Shown piece after piece: positions 32,378-43,521 of a stretch of DNA of 64,000 nucleotides (positions are counted from its first letter, which is position 1; each line of letters begins with the position of its first letter). A program made the translations under genes and the position numbers. Where the stretch lies: positions 224,001 through 288,000 of the forward strand of contig OZ255721.1 in assembly GCA_965277285.1 (NCBI GenBank), given 5' to 3'. The notes under the pieces are model-generated. The model saw nothing but the letters and a program-made list of their open reading frames with translations, ran no database searches and had not been told where the DNA came from. This DNA is from Abditibacteriaceae bacterium. GTDB lineage: Bacteria; Armatimonadota; Abditibacteriia; Abditibacteriales; Abditibacteriaceae.

Positions 32378-35300
32378 ATGCCGAAACGTTCGCGCTCTTC
32401 TTCGCGGGATCGCCTGCTGCGCCTCAATCGTTTGCGGCGACCGTCTCCGTCGCGCCCCGATGCACTCGGCGTTGCTGCGTCTCAAGCTCCCATTCCCAAG
32501 CCGCGTCGCTCGCGTCGCCGTCTGGCCTGGCTTTTGACGCCGCTCATTGTCATCGCGCTGTTGATTTTGGGCGGCGATTTGTATGTGCGTCAAAACTTCA
32601 ATGTCGAAAAAATCGTGCGCACGCAGGTCTTGCCGCAGTTAGCGAAGCAACTTAATGCGAAAGTTGAAATCGGCAGCATCGACAGCGATTACATTTCGCG
32701 CGTCACCTTGCACGATGTCGTAATCGGGCGCGACGCCAAACTTCCGCTGGGTGCTCTGGCGCAAATCAAAACCGCGACGCTCAGCCTCGATATTCCAGCT
32801 CTGGCGCTGCATCGCACCGATGCGCTGGGCGCTCTTCGTTCGGTTGACCTCGATGCGCCGCGCGTTGTCGTGCAGCGCGATGCGAAAGGCGCCATCAACT
32901 GGGTGAAGTTGTGGAAGCCTTCATCAAACACCTCATCCACCAAATGGACGGGCACGCTGACCGCGACGAACGGACGCATCTGGTATCAGGACGCGATGAT
33001 TCGTTCGCGGCGCGGCGTTCCTCTGGTCGCGGACGCGCAAGGTATCGCGCTCAAAGTCGTGGCGCGCGGCGCCGATCCCGCACTTTTTACGGCGAGCATT
33101 CCGCAGGCTTTTATCGGCCACAAGCCGCAGCAAACCGCGTTGCAAAACCTGTTTTTGAACGGGCGCGCCGAACCTCAAGGTCGCTGGGCGATGGCGCAAG
33201 CGCAAGTCGCGCGCGTGCCGGTTGCGCTACTCATCGAGTACTCGAACTCCCAATATCCAATAGTTGGCAGCGGCGAAATCGGCGGTAAATTTCATCTCGC
33301 GTATGATGCGACAGCGCCCGCCGCGCGACGCGTTTTGCTGGCCGGAAACGGTGCGCTGCGCGAAGTTGGCGTGTCGTTGGCGCCCGATGCGCAGAATCTT
33401 CCGCTGGCTCTGGCGAATCTGCAAACGCGCTTGAAGCGCATCGGCGAAAGCGTTTCGGTGCAGAAAATCAACGGGCCTTTCACCTTCAATGACCGCGCAT
33501 TTTCGACGGGCGGCGCGACATTGCAGACTTTGGGCAGCGCGTGGCAAATCAATGGCGCGGTGGCGGCTCCAGCAAATCTGCCGATTTCGTTCGATGTCGT
33601 GGCGCAAACGCGCAGCGCCGACGCGACGCGACTGGCGCAACTTGTGCCGCTGGCGGGAACGACGATTCGCGGTGGATTATCGAGCGGCAACGTGCGGTTA
33701 ACGGGCGACGCATCAAAGGCGCAAATCAGCGGCGACATTACGGTTCCCAATGCGAGCGTGCAAAACGCGCGACTGGGAAACGTTCAAACTTCGGCGTTGC
33801 GCGCCGTTTTTCAAACCGATACGAGTGGGCGAACCGGCAACGTGCGATTTTCTTTGCCCAACGTCGTTGCGCAAAACGCGCGCGGCGATTTTGGACGCAG
33901 TCGAGTACTCGAAGGCACCGCCACTTTCGCGCGTAATTCGCAAAACGCAATAGGAATCAATGCCGATGTGAGCGCGCCCGATTACGCCTTGCGCCAAACG
34001 TCTTTCGGAACGGTGCAGGGAAATGCGCTGCGCGCGCAAATCGCGGCCTCGCTGACAAACCAGAACGGGATTTGGAACGGGCAGGGCAACGCCGTTTTGC
34101 GCACCACAAATCTGGCGGCGCAACAAACCGCGCGCGATGGAAAAACGACGGCCATCCGCGCGACAAATGCGAATGGAACACTTGATTTTCAAGGTGACTT
34201 GAGCGGCGCCTTGCGCACCAACGCTGCCTTGCACTTCGACTTGGGCGGCCTCGCTTTGCACAGCGTTGCATTCGGCGATGGGACGGCGAACAGCGCACGC
34301 GGAATTGTTGTTTTCAATGGCTTGACGCAGCGTGGCGCCTTGTCCGCCGATGTCGCCCTGTCGAATTTACAAGCGCGTCCAAGCGCGGCGTTGTGGCAAA
34401 CAATGACGCGAAAACCGAACGTGGCTTTGGCCTCGGAAGTCAGCGCGCAAGCGTTTCGAGTACTCGTTTCCACGCCGGACGCGCGACAGGCAACGCCGCA
34501 CTGGAACGGCGTTTCGTCGTTTGCAGGCGTGGACGCAAGTCGCTTCAGTTTAGCGGCGCTATCGCCGGATTTGGCGCGTCGCGTGCACAATCTGGGCGCG
34601 CTCGGCGGGCAAATGCAGTTTGCCCTTGATGGCAAAACGCCGTCAGCGCTCAGCGGCAATTTCAGCTTATCGCGCGCTCAAATCGATCAATTTGCCTTGC
34701 GCGATATTTCGTCGCGCGTCCTTTATCAGAACGGCGTGGTTCGTTTGCAAAACGCGCGGGCGCAAAGCGACGAAGGCCCGCTTTTGCTGGACGCGCTTTA
34801 CGATGTGCGCCGTGCGCGCGGCAATCTTGGTTTGAACGCGCCTTTGGTTCAAGTCGAAGCGGCGCGCATCAATCCGTTTTTGCGCGCGATGGGTTTGCAA
34901 TTTGAAGGCACAGCGCGTGGTCAGGTGCGCGTGGCGACCAGTTTGGATCGTGGCGCGACCGGGCCTTTACAAGCGACTTTCGATGTGCGCGTTCCGAATG
35001 CGCAGTTGCGCTCGATTGCGGCCAATCGAGTACTCGAAACGTCTTCGAGCGCCGTTTTGAACGCTGAGGAAACGCGCGTTCAAGGTAGCGGCGTCTGGAA
35101 AAATGGCGCGAACGGCGCCTGGAATTTTGTCGGGCGTGCCGCTCTGCAAGCACAAACTGCGCGCATCGACAGCGATTCACTGGTGGGAAATACGCGTCCG
35201 CTGCCCTTGGGCAATTTTGTTTTACCGTCGTGGACACGCGGCGCGCAACTTTCCGGTTTGCGCCTGGTTTCGCAAGGAGAACTACGGCGCGACGCGACAC

Positions 35301-38300
35301 AGAAAATTGTTTTTCAGCCGCGCGTTTCGGGCACCTTGAACGCCGAGAGCGCACTTTTGAATCTGCCTGTGCAAAGCGGCGCGACGCGTTCGTTGATCGC
35401 ACCATCGTTTGTGCTACAAAATGTGCAGGCGAATTTTTCCGCTGATGGACAGCGTTTGCAATTGGCGCGCTGGCAGGCGCTGGCGCCGCAACTACGCGAC
35501 GTTTCTGCAGGGCGCAACACGATGCCGATTCTCAGCGGTTATTTGAACGTGGCCAGCGGCAATCTCAGCGGTCAGGTTTTAGCGCGCGATTTGGATGCGT
35601 CGCGCGTGCAGCGTTTGGCCGACCATCTTTTGCCGCTGGATTTAGGACAATCGCAACCGGCATTGCGCGGCGTTTTGTTTGCGCGCGCCGATGTCAGCGG
35701 CACAATGCAAAGTCCACGCGCTTTGCTGCAGGCGCGCCTTTATCGCGGCGCCGTCGCGTTGCCGCAAACGATTGGTTTGACCAAGCCAACAGCGGGAAAA
35801 AGTTCTCCCTCATCGCCGATCATTATTCCGTTGGATGCCGCGAATTTGACGATGAATCTGGCGCCATCGACCTCGAAATTTGGGGTTCAAAGCCTGGTTT
35901 TATGGAGTCGCGGCGGACGTTTGGCAGCCAGCGGAACGATTTCGCCGAACGCTGCGCCCGCTATCGAGTACTCGAATGCGTCCACCGATACGTTCCCAAA
36001 AACGTCGCGCGCTTTGGGCTTGAACGTGTCGTTGCAAATGACGAACTGGCGCGTGCGCGATTTGACGCAATTGTTGCCGTCGACTTCAAAAAACAATGCT
36101 TTGGCGACTTTCGATGGTGCGCTCAGCGGCGATTTGCAATTGACGGGAACAACATTGGCGCCGCGCGTGACAGGCAAAGCCGGACTGCGCTTGGCGTCCT
36201 GGAACGGCGTCGATGTGCCTCAAATCGAAGCGCAAATCGCCGCCGAACAAACCGCGCTCGGCCCGAAACTGGTTTTGACGAACATCAACGGACGCGTCGA
36301 AGGTTCAACGGTCGGCGGTGAAGCAATTTTCGATATGCCGCGCAACGTTTGGTCTACACGATTGAACGCGACCGGCCTGCACGCCGAACGATTGGTGCGA
36401 CTGGCCGAAAGTTTTGTACCCGCATCTGGGCTTAGCAGCGTGCTATCGAGTACTCGAAACACAGAACCGTGGCACGTTTATCCCGCGGTCAATGCTGCCG
36501 TGACGCCACTGCGCGCGATGGCAATCGAAGTTGCGCAAAACCCTAAGCACGCGATGGTTGCTTCACCTCATGCGGCGCCCTTGACGCAAAATGAAGCGGC
36601 ACAAAAATCTGCTACGAACGCGTTTGCGAATACGACGGATGAAAGTGAGCGCATTCCTTTGCATGGCGACCTGAACGTAGTTTTTACGGCGAGCGGAACT
36701 TTCGGGACGAATGGCGCGAAACCTGTGCGTGGTGCGAGCGGCTTAATGCCCGTTGTGCGCGAAGCGAATGCGACGATGGTTTCGGAAAGTTTGCATTGGC
36801 GCGGCCACGATTTAGGCGCGCTGACGGCGGATGTTTCGCTGCAAAACAACGTCATTCACATCGCGGATTTTTCCCTGCTGCGCCATCTCAGCGCGAAGGA
36901 AATCGCCTTCAATGCTGTGGCGCAGAAAAACGCTGGTGCCGACGAATCGAGCAATAACACCAACACAAATGAAGCCGCGGTTCCCGACAACGATGCCGAT
37001 GATGTGGCGCAAATTCGCGTTGGCGGTACGTTGCCGCTCGACATTCATGCGCCGAATGCTGTGCCTTTTGATACGACGGTCACGGTTGATAACGAACGTT
37101 TCACGGTTTTTCGTGAAGCCTTGCAGGAACTTGGTCAAGTGCTGACGGCGCGCGGCTATTATCTGGCGAACCTCGATGTTTTACAAAGCCGCGTCAACGC
37201 TCTGCCACCGGATTTAGAAGGGCGCATGAATGCCAAAACGCATTTGACCGGACGCTGGGGCGCGCTTTCGGTCGGCTTGGATGCCAACGTCGATGACGCG
37301 CGAACGAGTACTCAAACCTTGCCCGCGCTGCAAGCCTCCATAGTTTTGGCTAACGGCGCGATTGATGTCAACAGCTTTGAAATCAAGCAAACCTTTGAAG
37401 AAAACAACGACGGCGATCTAACGCCCGCGACCGATGTTTCTGCCGACGCACTGATGGACGACGGTTCGGGAAACAGCAGTTCAGGTGGCGACAAAACGCG
37501 GCGCGTGCGCGAAACGGCGTTGCGCGTGGCGCCTGGCGGACGCATTGTGCCCGGCGGCGAGATTTCGCTGGACGTGGAAGTTTTGAAGGCGAATCTGGCG
37601 CAACTCGCGGGTTGGCTTCCCGAACTGAAGATGGACAGCGGCAAAGCCTTGTTGCGCGGCGAATTATCGCTCTTCAGCTTTGAAGTGCGCGGGCAAACCT
37701 CGTCGCCCGAAGTCACCGGTTCGATTGATGCGCGCGATCTGTCATATCGCACTTACACCATTGATCGCTTGCGCGTGGCCGAGTTCGACATCAAAGACGG
37801 AATGTTGTCGGTCGAGCCGGGCAAACTGACGGTTGTCAAAGGCGGTTTTCAATCGTCGGCGGCCAACGGTAGCGTCCCCTGGAGTTGGGGCGCAAATGGC
37901 AGTATGCCCGGCCCGCAACGCACGGGCGCGCTCAACGTTCATTTGCCCTTGCAAACCCGCGATTTTGGTGCGCTGGCGGGCGCGTTCGTCCCCGCTTTGA
38001 CCAATGTCGCGGCGGATGGTTTCACGGGTTCGGTCGATGTAACGGGCAGTTTGGACAAGCCACAAATTGCCGGCGAAATCAATTTGAAAAACGCACGTTT
38101 TCGCGCCGATCCGATTGTTGGCCCATTTCCTTTCGGCGTCAACAATTTGAGTGGAACGGTGCGCTTCGCCGATGGCAATCGAGTACTCGTTGACCATCTC
38201 AGCGGCCAGTTGGCGCGCGCCGAAGCCGTGCGTGGAACTCCAACTGGCAATCGCCCCGCCGAAGAGCGCGCCGCTCTTGCCAAAGACAGCACGCCCGTTT

Positions 38301-40093
38301 TACAGACGAATACGAACGTCGCTCTGCGCGCCATCAACCAGGTGAATGCGACAGTGGAAGCCACTAATCGCCAGAGCACAGAAGAGCGTCCCGATTTAGG
38401 CGGCAACTTCACGCTGAATGGCGATGTGCTGCTGAATTTGGGCGGCGGCGATGCTTCGAGCGCTGGTTCGCGTTTGCCGCTGCATCGTTATAATCTTGAT
38501 TTTACGCTGCGCAATGGCGCCTTTGGTTCGGCGTTGCTGTCCGGCTTGCGCGATATTTCGCTGGACGCGGCGTGGAAAACAGGCGATGGCGCGCCGCAAA
38601 ATGCGCAAATGGTTTCGTGGAAACTGATTGCAAAAGGTCGCCCGAAATTAGGTAATGGTTCTGACAAGCAAACGCGCGGCAGCCTTTCTTCGGATGCGAC
38701 GGTGCGCCTGGTGCCGAACTTTACCGATGGCTTGAACGCGATTTTGCATTCGCACTTCGATGGCGATGTCAAGCTGAAAAACCTGGGTTGGGAAGTGCGC
38801 GACCTGGGAAGCGGCGTTCTCGATGGCACCTTGAAACTGGACAATAGAACGCTCATCGAAAATGCTATTCCCACACCGCTACGCCCCAACAACGTGCGCC
38901 GCGTTCCGGCTTCGAGTGAAAACTCGTCGCAGAATCTGGTGTCGCCCGTTAAAAGCACGGCGTTGAATGAACTTCCCGCAGGCTCCCTCACGCGTTCTTC
39001 GGCTTCGATGAGCGACATTATTAACGGTGTTGCTAAGCCTGACAACGCGACTTCGAGTACTCGAATTGAGGATTTCGCAGCTCCTGACCCGCCAATAACA
39101 TCAGGGACTAAAACTTCTCGCTCCAGTTCGTTGCCGCGCGCGGTTGACGACACGAACGTCGACACGAACGGCGACGTAACAAACCAAAGTGCGGCCAACG
39201 TTGGAGCGCCGCTGCGTGTTTCGGGCGCTGTGACGATTTCGCAAACTGAGATCAGCGGCTTGCCAGCGGGCGGCGCGGGCGGCGTCGATATTTTGCTTCC
39301 GGCGCCTAATCTCGACATCGCGGTCGCACTCGGGAAAAGTGTGCGCTTCACGACGCCGACCGCGCGCGCCGAATTGGATGGCTCGATAGCTATCGCGGGA
39401 ACGCCGCGCGATCCGCGCATTGCAGGCACGGTTTCCACGCGCAACGGTCAAATTCGTTTTCCCAACGCTTCGGCGCGCATTGAAGAAGGCACAGTCGAAA
39501 TCGAAGTTACGCGTGATTCCGTCACGCACGAACTGCGACCGCGCGCCACGATTGACGCCACGGCGCGCGGTCAGGCCGGGCGCTATGCGATTACGATTGG
39601 CTTGCACGGGCCACTTGATCTGGGCAACCAGAGTGTACAGAACTTGCGCGTCGATGTGACGTCCAACCCGCCGCTTTCGCAGGACGAAGCGTTCGCGCAA
39701 CTGACCGGAACTTCGCTGATCGATACCGATACTGGTAACACTTTGACGGGCAACGAAGCGAATCAGGCGTATGCGCGCGCCGTTGTGAGCTTGTTGTCAG
39801 CGCCACTTTTTTCGGGCTTGGAGCGCTCGCTCGAACAATCCTTGGGCTTGAACAGCTTGACGATTGACTATCGCTTGAACGAGCCTTTGGGCATCGAAAT
39901 CGGCAAAGCCATCGGCAGCCGCGTTTTTGTGACCTATCGTCGTTCTTTGACGCGTGGTACAGGTACGATAGTCGATCAACCCGGCTCTTCGGTGCGCGTC
40001 GATATACAGATCGCGAGCGGCGTGCAACTGGGTTTTGAAAGCGACGATACAGGAAAACGCAGCGTCACGCTGGGAAAAACCTTCCGTTTCTAA
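32378..40093 (+). CDS. tamB: Giant TamB/AsmA-like protein, 2571 aa
   Basis: N-terminal TM anchor, long beta-rich body, C-terminal TamB-like TSNPPLSQDE..IGKAIGSRVFVTY; adjacent to an Omp85 gene. Confidence 0.82.
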   Translation: MPKRSRSSSRDRLLRLNRLRRPSPSRPDALGVAASQAPIPKPRRSRRRLAWLLTPLIVIALLILGGDLYVRQNFNVEKIVRTQVLPQLAKQLNAKVEIGSIDSDYISRVTLHDVVIGRDAKLPLGALAQIKTATLSLDIPALALHRTDALGALRSVDLDAPRVVVQRDAKGAINWVKLWKPSSNTSSTKWTGTLTATNGRIWYQDAMIRSRRGVPLVADAQGIALKVVARGADPALFTASIPQAFIGHKPQQTALQNLFLNGRAEPQGRWAMAQAQVARVPVALLIEYSNSQYPIVGSGEIGGKFHLAYDATAPAARRVLLAGNGALREVGVSLAPDAQNLPLALANLQTRLKRIGESVSVQKINGPFTFNDRAFSTGGATLQTLGSAWQINGAVAAPANLPISFDVVAQTRSADATRLAQLVPLAGTTIRGGLSSGNVRLTGDASKAQISGDITVPNASVQNARLGNVQTSALRAVFQTDTSGRTGNVRFSLPNVVAQNARGDFGRSRVLEGTATFARNSQNAIGINADVSAPDYALRQTSFGTVQGNALRAQIAASLTNQNGIWNGQGNAVLRTTNLAAQQTARDGKTTAIRATNANGTLDFQGDLSGALRTNAALHFDLGGLALHSVAFGDGTANSARGIVVFNGLTQRGALSADVALSNLQARPSAALWQTMTRKPNVALASEVSAQAFRVLVSTPDARQATPHWNGVSSFAGVDASRFSLAALSPDLARRVHNLGALGGQMQFALDGKTPSALSGNFSLSRAQIDQFALRDISSRVLYQNGVVRLQNARAQSDEGPLLLDALYDVRRARGNLGLNAPLVQVEAARINPFLRAMGLQFEGTARGQVRVATSLDRGATGPLQATFDVRVPNAQLRSIAANRVLETSSSAVLNAEETRVQGSGVWKNGANGAWNFVGRAALQAQTARIDSDSLVGNTRPLPLGNFVLPSWTRGAQLSGLRLVSQGELRRDATQKIVFQPRVSGTLNAESALLNLPVQSGATRSLIAPSFVLQNVQANFSADGQRLQLARWQALAPQLRDVSAGRNTMPILSGYLNVASGNLSGQVLARDLDASRVQRLADHLLPLDLGQSQPALRGVLFARADVSGTMQSPRALLQARLYRGAVALPQTIGLTKPTAGKSSPSSPIIIPLDAANLTMNLAPSTSKFGVQSLVLWSRGGRLAASGTISPNAAPAIEYSNASTDTFPKTSRALGLNVSLQMTNWRVRDLTQLLPSTSKNNALATFDGALSGDLQLTGTTLAPRVTGKAGLRLASWNGVDVPQIEAQIAAEQTALGPKLVLTNINGRVEGSTVGGEAIFDMPRNVWSTRLNATGLHAERLVRLAESFVPASGLSSVLSSTRNTEPWHVYPAVNAAVTPLRAMAIEVAQNPKHAMVASPHAAPLTQNEAAQKSATNAFANTTDESERIPLHGDLNVVFTASGTFGTNGAKPVRGASGLMPVVREANATMVSESLHWRGHDLGALTADVSLQNNVIHIADFSLLRHLSAKEIAFNAVAQKNAGADESSNNTNTNEAAVPDNDADDVAQIRVGGTLPLDIHAPNAVPFDTTVTVDNERFTVFREALQELGQVLTARGYYLANLDVLQSRVNALPPDLEGRMNAKTHLTGRWGALSVGLDANVDDARTSTQTLPALQASIVLANGAIDVNSFEIKQTFEENNDGDLTPATDVSADALMDDGSGNSSSGGDKTRRVRETALRVAPGGRIVPGGEISLDVEVLKANLAQLAGWLPELKMDSGKALLRGELSLFSFEVRGQTSSPEVTGSIDARDLSYRTYTIDRLRVAEFDIKDGMLSVEPGKLTVVKGGFQSSAANGSVPWSWGANGSMPGPQRTGALNVHLPLQTRDFGALAGAFVPALTNVAADGFTGSVDVTGSLDKPQIAGEINLKNARFRADPIVGPFPFGVNNLSGTVRFADGNRVLVDHLSGQLARAEAVRGTPTGNRPAEERAALAKDSTPVLQTNTNVALRAINQVNATVEATNRQSTEERPDLGGNFTLNGDVLLNLGGGDASSAGSRLPLHRYNLDFTLRNGAFGSALLSGLRDISLDAAWKTGDGAPQNAQMVSWKLIAKGRPKLGNGSDKQTRGSLSSDATVRLVPNFTDGLNAILHSHFDGDVKLKNLGWEVRDLGSGVLDGTLKLDNRTLIENAIPTPLRPNNVRRVPASSENSSQNLVSPVKSTALNELPAGSLTRSSASMSDIINGVAKPDNATSSTRIEDFAAPDPPITSGTKTSRSSSLPRAVDDTNVDTNGDVTNQSAANVGAPLRVSGAVTISQTEISGLPAGGAGGVDILLPAPNLDIAVALGKSVRFTTPTARAELDGSIAIAGTPRDPRIAGTVSTRNGQIRFPNASARIEEGTVEIEVTRDSVTHELRPRATIDATARGQAGRYAITIGLHGPLDLGNQSVQNLRVDVTSNPPLSQDEAFAQLTGTSLIDTDTGNTLTGNEANQAYARAVVSLLSAPLFSGLERSLEQSLGLNSLTIDYRLNEPLGIEIGKAIGSRVFVTYRRSLTRGTGTIVDQPGSSVRVDIQIASGVQLGFESDDTGKRSVTLGKTFRF

Positions 40094-40395
40094 GAGGACT
40101 TTTTCTAAGAGGACTTTTGGAGACCTCAGAAAGTTTTGACTTGTCTGCAAAGTCTTATCTGCGATGCGAACGTTGATTTCCTAATTCGAGTACTCGATCG
40201 CTGTTTTGTAACTTTTCGTAACTTGTTCCTGCGAGATGAGATGATTACCAAGATGAAAAAACCCGCTTAGCATTGCCAAGAGCGTGCCGTGTTATACTGT
40301 CGCGGATTAAATTAGACCAACGATTTCTCACGAACTGACGCAACAATCTGAAAAAACGACCTGACGAAACTGATTTCTCCGGAGGCTTTTCCTGG

Positions 40396-42537
40396 ATGCA
40401 GCCACATTTCGACCCCACTCTCATCGTCCCACCCATTGCCGCCCCAGCTGAACTCACACCCGAAACTTCGACCCGATTTGTGACCTTGCGTCCTTTGACT
40501 TTGCCTTCTGCAACATCCCGCCGTTTTTTGTCGACCTTTCAAAGTTTTCGTCAACCGGCGAGCCTGATCGCGCTGGGTTTTGCGTTCACTTTGACAACGC
40601 AAGTCGTCCGCGCCGAGCCGCCTGTTGTCTCGCAAAACCCATCTAATGCACCCGCCGCGCAACCAGCCGGCGAACCGGGCAAGCCTGGCGGGTTGACGGT
40701 TCCCATCGGGCCAGACAAAAACGCGGCCACGCCAACTCCCACACCAGCGCCGACTCCGGCTCCCGTCGCAACACCAACGCCACCAGTTGTCGTGCCTGGC
40801 GGCGATACAACGGATAATAGTGGCGATGTCCAAGTCAATCTGGAAGGTCGCACCATTGCGACGGTGCGCGTTGTCGGCAACCGTGTTGTACCGAACGAAA
40901 CGATTTTGCAGCAGGCGACCGGCACGCGCGTTGGCGGCGTGGTATCAGCGAATCAATTGCAAGCCGACTTGCGACGCATTGATGCGCTGGGGTTTTTCGT
41001 TTCGGTGCAGCAGCAAGTTACGCCCAACCTGACAGACCCCGAAAAAGTAGATGTGGCGTTCGTCGTGGTTGAAAATCGACCTGTTACGGGATTTACCTTT
41101 GTCGGTAACTCACGCATTACAGCGGCTGACTTGGAAGCTGTGCTGACGACAAAAGCTGGCACAGTACTCAATCGCAATACGATCAATACGGATGTCGGCA
41201 AAATCCAAGAATTGTATGGCACGCGTGGTCTGGCGGCTCAGGTTTTGGAATCGCGGCAAACCGATGACGGCAAAGTTGTTTTTACGATTCAAGAAGCGCG
41301 CATCGGGCGCATCGACATCGCGGGTTTGCGCAAAACCAAAGAAGGCCTGGTGCGCAAACTGATTCACACCAACAAAGGCGCCGCCTTCGATCAATTGGCT
41401 TTGCGCCGCGACCTGAACGCGATTTATGACACGGGTTTGTTCGACGACATTTCGTATAAGGTGACGGATGAACCGGCGACGCCGGGCGCGGTTATCGTGA
41501 CGATTTCAGTCAAGGAAAAGCGCAGCGGACAGTTCAGCATCGGCTTGAGCTTTGACAATCGTTCCAAGTTGGGCGGTTTTGTTACGGTGGGCGATAATAA
41601 CTTGTTCGGCGAGGGTAAGCGCGCTTCGGCCAGCGTTGAAGCCGGGAGCCAACGCACGTACGAACTCGATTTCGGCGATTCCTATGTCGGAAAGAAACTG
41701 GCCAGTTATGACCTATCGCTGTTCAGCCGCCTGATTTATCGCGAGCCGCGCCTCGTTTCGTTGGTAACAGGTCAAACAACGAGCACGCAATACAATTATC
41801 AGGAACAACGCAGCGGTTTTCGCGCGAACTTCACAGACCCTCTCAATCCACAGCGCGATACATCCTTGTTGTTTGGCTTCCGCGCCGAAAAAGCGCAACT
41901 CGAGCAAACCGACGCCAATACAGGTACCAGCAACAAATTGCTCGACTCCTCAGGTGGCGTGGTCGCTTTTTCAGGTGGCTTTTTGCGCGATAAGCGCGAC
42001 TTGCAGCTTGATCCTTCGACGGGCGGACGCCAGCAAATCATTGTCGAGCACGCGTTTCCGGTGCTGGGTGCGAGTACTCAATTTACGAAAATTGACCTCG
42101 ATTTGCGCCAGTATTTTCCACTGATTGGCCCGCCGAAAAATTTCACTAAAGGTACCATTCCCCTGCCGCGCCTCGTGCTGGCGGGACGCCTTGTGGTGGG
42201 GCGCGCGCTGGGTCAGTTGCCCGCGTTCGAGCAGTATTTTGTCGGCGGTTCCGATACGGTGCGCGGCTACGACGCTGACTATCAGTTCGGCGACAACCAG
42301 TTTTATTCCAACGTTGAACTGCGCTATCGATTGAACCAACAATTCCAGCTTGTCGGCTTTACGGACGCAGGAAAAGCCTATGGCGGCAGGTTTTCGACCG
42401 ATTTGGCGAACTCTAACGTGCTGTTTTCCGTCGGCGTCGGCATTCGCGTTAAAACTCCCATCGGGCCGGTTCGCTTGGACTTAGCGCGCGGTTCGCAAGG
42501 TATCAAAACGCATTTTGGTATTGGTTCGACCTTCTAA
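40396..42537 (+). CDS. Omp85 family (BamA/TamA) protein with POTRA domains
   Basis: About three POTRA repeats, GGSDTVRGY, TPIGPVRLD, terminal Phe; start uncertain. Confidence 0.9.
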   Translation: MQPHFDPTLIVPPIAAPAELTPETSTRFVTLRPLTLPSATSRRFLSTFQSFRQPASLIALGFAFTLTTQVVRAEPPVVSQNPSNAPAAQPAGEPGKPGGLTVPIGPDKNAATPTPTPAPTPAPVATPTPPVVVPGGDTTDNSGDVQVNLEGRTIATVRVVGNRVVPNETILQQATGTRVGGVVSANQLQADLRRIDALGFFVSVQQQVTPNLTDPEKVDVAFVVVENRPVTGFTFVGNSRITAADLEAVLTTKAGTVLNRNTINTDVGKIQELYGTRGLAAQVLESRQTDDGKVVFTIQEARIGRIDIAGLRKTKEGLVRKLIHTNKGAAFDQLALRRDLNAIYDTGLFDDISYKVTDEPATPGAVIVTISVKEKRSGQFSIGLSFDNRSKLGGFVTVGDNNLFGEGKRASASVEAGSQRTYELDFGDSYVGKKLASYDLSLFSRLIYREPRLVSLVTGQTTSTQYNYQEQRSGFRANFTDPLNPQRDTSLLFGFRAEKAQLEQTDANTGTSNKLLDSSGGVVAFSGGFLRDKRDLQLDPSTGGRQQIIVEHAFPVLGASTQFTKIDLDLRQYFPLIGPPKNFTKGTIPLPRLVLAGRLVVGRALGQLPAFEQYFVGGSDTVRGYDADYQFGDNQFYSNVELRYRLNQQFQLVGFTDAGKAYGGRFSTDLANSNVLFSVGVGIRVKTPIGPVRLDLARGSQGIKTHFGIGSTF

Positions 42538-42564
42538 ACTCATGTTTGAGACAGGAGAACGTAT

Positions 42565-42602
42565 AGAAAAAGGCTGGAGTGTTCACGCTCCAGCCTTTTT
42601 CT
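42565..42602 (+). terminator. Intrinsic terminator
   Basis: AGAAAAAGGCTGGAG..CTCCAGCCTTTTTCT. Confidence 0.85.
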
Positions 42603-42850
42603 GCATGAATTTTTGAAGATCGAGTACTCGAAGTGTAAAATAGCGAACAAATTTTGGGCAGAAAATGAACTTTTTTGTTTTGTAATGAAACAAACGTCAT
42701 ATCGAGCGGAACGTGTCAATAAATGGTGCGTCTCCGCACGCATCTCATATCAATAAAGCCTTGCTACAAGTGGTTTTCTCTGCTGTCACAGGCTGTTCGC
42801 ACATTGTTTTGAGTATCTTAAATTAAGTTTGTAAAGCGAAGGTTGAAGCT

Positions 42851-43501
42851 ATGGATTGCCGTCAAGTCGAAGCGAAGCTGGCCGATTGGAGCGCCCACAA
42901 CTTGCCGGATTCTTTTTGCGAAGAATTGCGCGACCACCTGCGCCAGTGCCCGCCTTGTACGCAGCACTGGAACGAGTTTCAACAAACCCTGCACACCGTT
43001 TCCTCTTCGACACAACCTTGCTGTTCCGCTGAGCGTTCGCGCGCCATGTGGCAGTGTTGCGAACAACACATTCAAAAAAAAATTGAAACTGAGCGTTTAA
43101 CTCGCCACGAAAAATCGCGCGCGTGGTGGCAGTTATCGCCGCGCTTTGGATTTGCTTCGCTGGCTGGCGCTTTTGCAGTTTTGATTGCGGTTTCAGTTAT
43201 GCCATCGAGTTTGTTGCGCCATAATAACTCGACGCAGCCCGTTCCGATTTCTGTGCCGCAGACCATAAGTTCTCCGCGCGATGAATGGATTCGTTTTTCA
43301 TTGCCGCCGGCGCAAGCCTCGCCTTTTATCAATCATCACGCGGCGATGGCTTTTGATCCGTTCGCCGATCATGTCGCTTCCACGTTGATTTCGGATGTAG
43401 CGACCAATCCCACAAGCGATGCACCAAGTGCCAGTCTGGTCTCGGAACTTTCGACTGATACTGTACCTGTTTCGACTAAATCGAACTTGTCACGTCCTTA
43501 A
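42851..43501 (+). CDS. zf-HC2 membrane anti-sigma factor-like protein
   Basis: MDC..HLRQCPPC (HxxxCxxC), single TM. Confidence 0.8.
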   Translation: MDCRQVEAKLADWSAHNLPDSFCEELRDHLRQCPPCTQHWNEFQQTLHTVSSSTQPCCSAERSRAMWQCCEQHIQKKIETERLTRHEKSRAWWQLSPRFGFASLAGAFAVLIAVSVMPSSLLRHNNSTQPVPISVPQTISSPRDEWIRFSLPPAQASPFINHHAAMAFDPFADHVASTLISDVATNPTSDAPSASLVSELSTDTVPVSTKSNLSRP

Positions 43502-43521
43502 GTTTGCCGACCCGTTCTTCT

